A DNA stretch of 64,000 nucleotides, taken from positions 160,001-224,000 of the forward strand of contig CBDCCS010000016.1 in assembly GCA_965214935.1 (NCBI GenBank), in the 5' to 3' direction. Source of the stretch: Candidatus Velthaea sp. Lineage in GTDB: Bacteria > Vulcanimicrobiota > Vulcanimicrobiia > Vulcanimicrobiales > Vulcanimicrobiaceae. Position numbers and translations under genes: made by a program. The notes under the pieces are model-generated. The model was not told where the DNA came from and did no database searches. It was given only the letters and a program-made list of their open reading frames with translations. The stretch's first letter is position 1. The number at the start of each line of letters is the position of its first letter. This document shows positions 60,055-64,000 of the stretch, in pieces.

Positions 60055-61920
60055 GTGACACAACCGCAGGCCGATCTTCCTCGCGTTTCGCTCGATCGTG
60101 CGCAATGGGTGCGTCTTGTCATCGTCGGTTTGCTCGTCACGTTTGCGCTGGGCCGAGTTGTGCCCGATGCGATACGCGCGCTGTATCCGCTACATGTTTT
60201 CGGCTACGTGACCGACGGCGACGGCGTCGTCGTCAGCGAACAGCCGCCGCCACGCAGCGCTACGTCCGAGCGGCCGCAAGCGCCGGCGCCGGCCGCCGCC
60301 CGGCACGCGAAAGGCAAAGTCAAAGCGCCGGCGCCGGCGCCGCGGCGTCCCGATTACGTCGAGATCGGCGATCGCGTGCGCATCGATCGCATTCCGGCTT
60401 TCGACCGCAAACCGGGGCTTGCCGGCGCCGGATTTACTTACGATAATCCGGACCGCTCGTTACCGGTTCAACGTGGCCGGCACGTGCGTATCTTACATCT
60501 GCAAGCACACGACGAGTCGGTTCCCAGCCGTACCTTTGCGGTCTTACGAATTGTACTCTTCGTCATCTCCGTCGGCTTGGGTGCGATTCTGTTCCTCGTC
60601 AAACCGGGTATTACAACCGCAGCCTTTTTTGTTTTCTGCTTGGGCGCCGAAGCACCGACGACGTATCTCGATCTGGCGATTCCCAATCCGTGGCGGCCGA
60701 TTCCTGAGTGGCTGGGCGATACGCTTCGCGGAGCCGCCCGCCCGGCGCTCTTGCTCTTTGCGTTCTGTCTCATCGACGGTGATCGAGACGCACCGCGCGA
60801 GCGGATCGTTGCCGGCATTTGCGGCGTCGCCGGTCTCACGCTCGGGACCGTCAATGCGTATGCCGCGTGGCTGCTGACATACGCCGGCCATCCGGCCGGT
60901 GCGATCGACCGCTTTTCAACCGCGGCATCGAGTGCTTTAACGGCACTGACGACGCTTGCGTTCGTCGTTGCGTTTGTACGCGCGCGCGGCATCGACCGTC
61001 AACGAATCGCGTGGATCGTCATTGCATTTCTCTTTGCCGCCGGTGCACGGCTGGTCTCGGATCAATTATTTCCGCGGTACATTGCGCCGTGGGAAAACGG
61101 ACTGCTCGTATCGGCAACGATCGTGCCGATCGTCGGCGTTTGGATTGCCGTCATTCGTCAGCGTTTCTTCAACGTTGATTTTGTCGTGAGCCGCGCCATC
61201 GTGTATGTCGCATTCACGGCAGCCGCCGTCGGAACGATCGCCGTCGCCGAAGAACTCGGCACCTATATCTTCTACAACAATTCCGATTTGTGGTACGGCT
61301 TCTTCATGCTGATTTCGCTCGTTGTCGGCGCAACGACCGGGAAAATTAGCGCGCTGGTGCACCGTCTGGTGGACCGCTTTATCTTCCGCGACCGCGGCGA
61401 TCAGCGCCGCGCACTGGAATTGATCGAAGGCTATATTCTCGATGCCGAGACGCTCGATGATGTGTACCGTGCGCTCTTGGCCGATGCCGCGCATGCATTG
61501 AAGCTGTCGTTCGGCGGATTCATGATGCGCTTGCCCAACGGCGACTATCAACTATCGTATCAGCACGATTGGCCCGCGGATTGCATAACTCGCCTTACCT
61601 CGAGCGACGATTTAACACTAGCGCTGACGCGAACGCGCGGCGCGCTGACGTTTACGGCCAAAGACACCGCGCTCATCAGCCGGGCGTTTCCGGGCGAGCG
61701 CTTAACGTTCGCCGCGCCGATCTTCTTCGACCGCAGCGTCTTAGGTATCGTGGTTTACGGCCATAACATAAGCGGTCTCGACTTGGATCCGGATGAACGC
61801 GAACATCTCGTACGCGTGGTTGCGCACGCGTCGATTGCCTTGAGTTCTATCGAGCTTGCGCGGTATCGCGCCGGTGCCGCATTTGAGCCGCCGGTCGCAT
61901 TAGAGGTGCGCACGGTTTGA
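60055..61920 (+). CDS. Multi-TM membrane protein with C-terminal GAF-like domain
   Basis: N-terminal TM, extracytoplasmic loop, about 8 further TMs, SRAIVY..VDRFIFR, C-terminal APIFFDRSVLGIVVYG...LDPDEREHL; start GTG 60055 inferred. Confidence 0.75.
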   Translation: MTQPQADLPRVSLDRAQWVRLVIVGLLVTFALGRVVPDAIRALYPLHVFGYVTDGDGVVVSEQPPPRSATSERPQAPAPAAARHAKGKVKAPAPAPRRPDYVEIGDRVRIDRIPAFDRKPGLAGAGFTYDNPDRSLPVQRGRHVRILHLQAHDESVPSRTFAVLRIVLFVISVGLGAILFLVKPGITTAAFFVFCLGAEAPTTYLDLAIPNPWRPIPEWLGDTLRGAARPALLLFAFCLIDGDRDAPRERIVAGICGVAGLTLGTVNAYAAWLLTYAGHPAGAIDRFSTAASSALTALTTLAFVVAFVRARGIDRQRIAWIVIAFLFAAGARLVSDQLFPRYIAPWENGLLVSATIVPIVGVWIAVIRQRFFNVDFVVSRAIVYVAFTAAAVGTIAVAEELGTYIFYNNSDLWYGFFMLISLVVGATTGKISALVHRLVDRFIFRDRGDQRRALELIEGYILDAETLDDVYRALLADAAHALKLSFGGFMMRLPNGDYQLSYQHDWPADCITRLTSSDDLTLALTRTRGALTFTAKDTALISRAFPGERLTFAAPIFFDRSVLGIVVYGHNISGLDLDPDEREHLVRVVAHASIALSSIELARYRAGAAFEPPVALEVRTV

Positions 61921-63179
61921 TCCCGCTGACCGGCAACCCTCGCAGCGTACCGCAAGCCGCGATGGCGGAGTTCGAGGCCGCGCAGACGGCGATCGGGCGC
62001 GCGTGTTCGCCGCGCGCGCCTGAGTCTGTGCCGCTCGAGGGCGCGGCCGGCCGGGTACTGGCCGGCGATATCATTGCGTCCGAAGACCTCGTTCCATTTG
62101 CGCGCTCGGCGATGGATGGCTTCGCACTTTGCAGCGCCGATCTCGGGCACTTGCCCGCGACATTGCCGATTGCTGCAGCCGCGTTTGCAGCCGCAGGACG
62201 TGTCGTGCATCGGCGCGGCACTGCAACGGCGATCGCGACCGGTGCAGCGCTACCGGCAGGCGCCGATTGCGTCGTACCGATCGAAGACGTTAGCGTGCAC
62301 GAAGGTACGCTCGTCGTTCGGCGCCCCGTCGCCAGCGGTGCATGCGTGTTTCCGTCGGGCGACGACGCACGAACCGGCGACGTTTTGTTGCCGGCCGGAA
62401 CTCGTCTCGGCCCGGCCGGACTCGGACTGCTGGGCGCCGCCGGAATCACGCAGGTTCATGTATGGAACAAACCGGTCGTCGCCGTGATTTGCGGCGGCGA
62501 CGAACTTGTTGCAATCGATCGCAAGCCGGCCTACGGACAGATTCGTGACAGCAACGGAATCATGCTGACCGCCGCACTTGAAGCAGCCGGAGCACGGGTC
62601 GCATCGGTGCAGCGCCTGCCCGACGAACGTCACCGCGTGGTCGCCGCACTCGCGCAAACATTCGAACGGGCCGATTTGATCGTGACCACGGGCGGCGCAT
62701 CGGTCGGCGAGCGCGACTTTCTCAAGAGCGCTTGCGCCGAACTCGGGGTTGAATTCTTCTTCGAGCGCGTGGCGTTGCGGCCCGCAAAACCGACGGCATT
62801 CGGCCGGCGCGGCACGACGTTCATTGCGATTTTGCCGGGCAACCCCGCTGCCGCGTTCGTTGCAATGCACGAATTCGTGCGAGTTGCGGTACGCCGTTTG
62901 AGCGGGCATGCCGAGGGGCGTTTGCCCCGGGTGAAAGCGAAGCTCGACGGCACGCTGCACGCCAAGCCCGAGCGTCATTTCGCCGCGTTCGCTGCGCTCA
63001 CAATCGATCGAAACGGGTTTTCCGCGAAGCCGCTCGCCAATCAATGTTCGGCGTTGACCCGCACCGCCGCAACCGCAAACGGCTTCATCGTTATACCGCC
63101 GGGACAGCACGTGTACGCCAGCGGTGACGATGTCGCCGTCGACGTATTCGACTGGTCCGCCGTTAACGCCGCATCATAA
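61917..63179 (+). CDS. moeA: Molybdopterin molybdotransferase
   Basis: SAMDGFA, IATGAALPAGADCVVPIE, GQIRDSN, TTGGASVGERD, LPGNP. Confidence 0.95.
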   Translation: MIPLTGNPRSVPQAAMAEFEAAQTAIGRACSPRAPESVPLEGAAGRVLAGDIIASEDLVPFARSAMDGFALCSADLGHLPATLPIAAAAFAAAGRVVHRRGTATAIATGAALPAGADCVVPIEDVSVHEGTLVVRRPVASGACVFPSGDDARTGDVLLPAGTRLGPAGLGLLGAAGITQVHVWNKPVVAVICGGDELVAIDRKPAYGQIRDSNGIMLTAALEAAGARVASVQRLPDERHRVVAALAQTFERADLIVTTGGASVGERDFLKSACAELGVEFFFERVALRPAKPTAFGRRGTTFIAILPGNPAAAFVAMHEFVRVAVRRLSGHAEGRLPRVKAKLDGTLHAKPERHFAAFAALTIDRNGFSAKPLANQCSALTRTAATANGFIVIPPGQHVYASGDDVAVDVFDWSAVNAAS

Positions 63180-63367
63180 CGCCCAAACCCAAGTCGGCAA
63201 CGCGCCACGAGATTCCGTGAGATCGCGCGGAAGCGCCGTGCTCGTGTCGCCGGCCCGACATCTCGACGTAACAGGCGCGGTCGATAAAGTTATTCTCCGA
63301 CGGTCGCGCGTTTCTCGAAGACGGTCGACGCCGGCAGAACGCAACTCTGCCGTTAGCGGCTTTGCCG

Positions 63368-64000
63368 TTAATGTCCGACGCCTTGATAGCGGTTTAGCCC
63401 GATCCGCCAGAAGCCGTACGCGACGGCTACGAAGAACGTACCGATGAGCGGCGTCAACAAACCGACCGCCGGCGGTAAAGAAAGTCCGTTTTCCGTTTTG
63501 TGCAGGAAGTACGTTGCCGGAAAATAGTTCATGAAGGCAAACGGAAAAACGAAAGCGAGCAGCAGTCGGACTCCGCGCGAGTAGATCGCGAGCGGGTAGC
63601 GCGTGAACTCTTGTTCGAGCTGCAACACGATCCAGCGCAACGCATCGACCCGGATGAACCAGAATGCGACCGTTGATATGATCAAGCTGATGCCGAGATC
63701 GATGAATGCACCGCCGATCGCAACGAGCGGAACGAAGATCACGAACAACGCATCGATACGAACGTGGCTATACCAAACGGCAGCGCTTAAATAACCGATC
63801 GCCAGAATGAGTTCGTCCGGGAACTGCTGACTCGGCAGGGTGATCGCCTGAAACAGCGTGTCGAGCGGCCGAACGAGAAAGCGGTCGAATTCGCCGTCGC
63901 GGATATGCTCGGGAATCTCACCGATCGCACTAAAGAACGTATTGTTGAGCGCATGACCGAGCATCCACAGCCCGTATAAAAAGGCCATATCGCGAAACGA
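63368..64000 (-). CDS. ABC-2 family (DUF990-like) permease, 5' end outside the window
   Basis: IRDGEFDRFLVRPLD, YPLAIY, PFAFMNYFPA, GLNRYQGVG. Confidence 0.9.
   Translation of the reverse strand, partial: SFRDMAFLYGLWMLGHALNNTFFSAIGEIPEHIRDGEFDRFLVRPLDTLFQAITLPSQQFPDELILAIGYLSAAVWYSHVRIDALFVIFVPLVAIGGAFIDLGISLIISTVAFWFIRVDALRWIVLQLEQEFTRYPLAIYSRGVRLLLAFVFPFAFMNYFPATYFLHKTENGLSLPPAVGLLTPLIGTFFVAVAYGFWRIGLNRYQGVGH

Noticed and set aside
60281..60345. GCGCCG tandem repeats
   Set aside because: They simply encode Ala-Pro linkers.
63124..63447. 107-aa ORF or ncRNA between moeA and the ABC-2 permease
   Set aside because: The ORF overlaps both neighbours and is not protein-like; only a short CGGCAGA/TCTGCCG stem is present, consistent with a terminator between convergent genes.
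1..64000. CRISPR arrays, tRNA/rRNA, IS elements, integrases, prophage, defence systems
   Set aside because: No regularly spaced repeats, RNA gene signatures or matching ORFs were seen by manual reading; small RNAs could have been missed.

Overview
GC-rich bacterial chromosomal segment, mostly housekeeping genes: prfB (with its +1 frameshift), secA, an LCP protein, rimO, yajQ, rodZ-like, mnmA, futalosine menaquinone genes mqnE-mqnA-mqnC, an isocitrate/isopropylmalate dehydrogenase, ftsK, rnj, a TolC/MacAB-type exporter, htrA, an M1 aminopeptidase, dnaK-grpE-dnaJ, acyl-CoA synthetase and dehydrogenase, and moeA. Accessory genes are interspersed: two diguanylate cyclases plus a decayed GGDEF remnant, a large TonB-dependent-receptor-like gene with a lipoprotein partner, and several small unknown proteins. 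Terrabacteria-type genes combined with outer-membrane proteins suggest a diderm lineage such as Eremiobacterota/Vulcanimicrobiota; this is inference only. I saw no rRNA, tRNA, CRISPR array, transposase or prophage, and no unmistakable new multi-gene system. Best leads: (1) genes that appear to start at non-canonical codons overlapping the upstream stop; (2) a Tat-signal small protein coupled to a signal-less amidase; (3) the receptor + lipoprotein pair; (4) a highly structured dnaK leader; (5) a possible toxin/immunity-like pair; (6) a family-4 UDG with a UdgX-like basic loop. All calls come from motif recognition by eye, not database searches.
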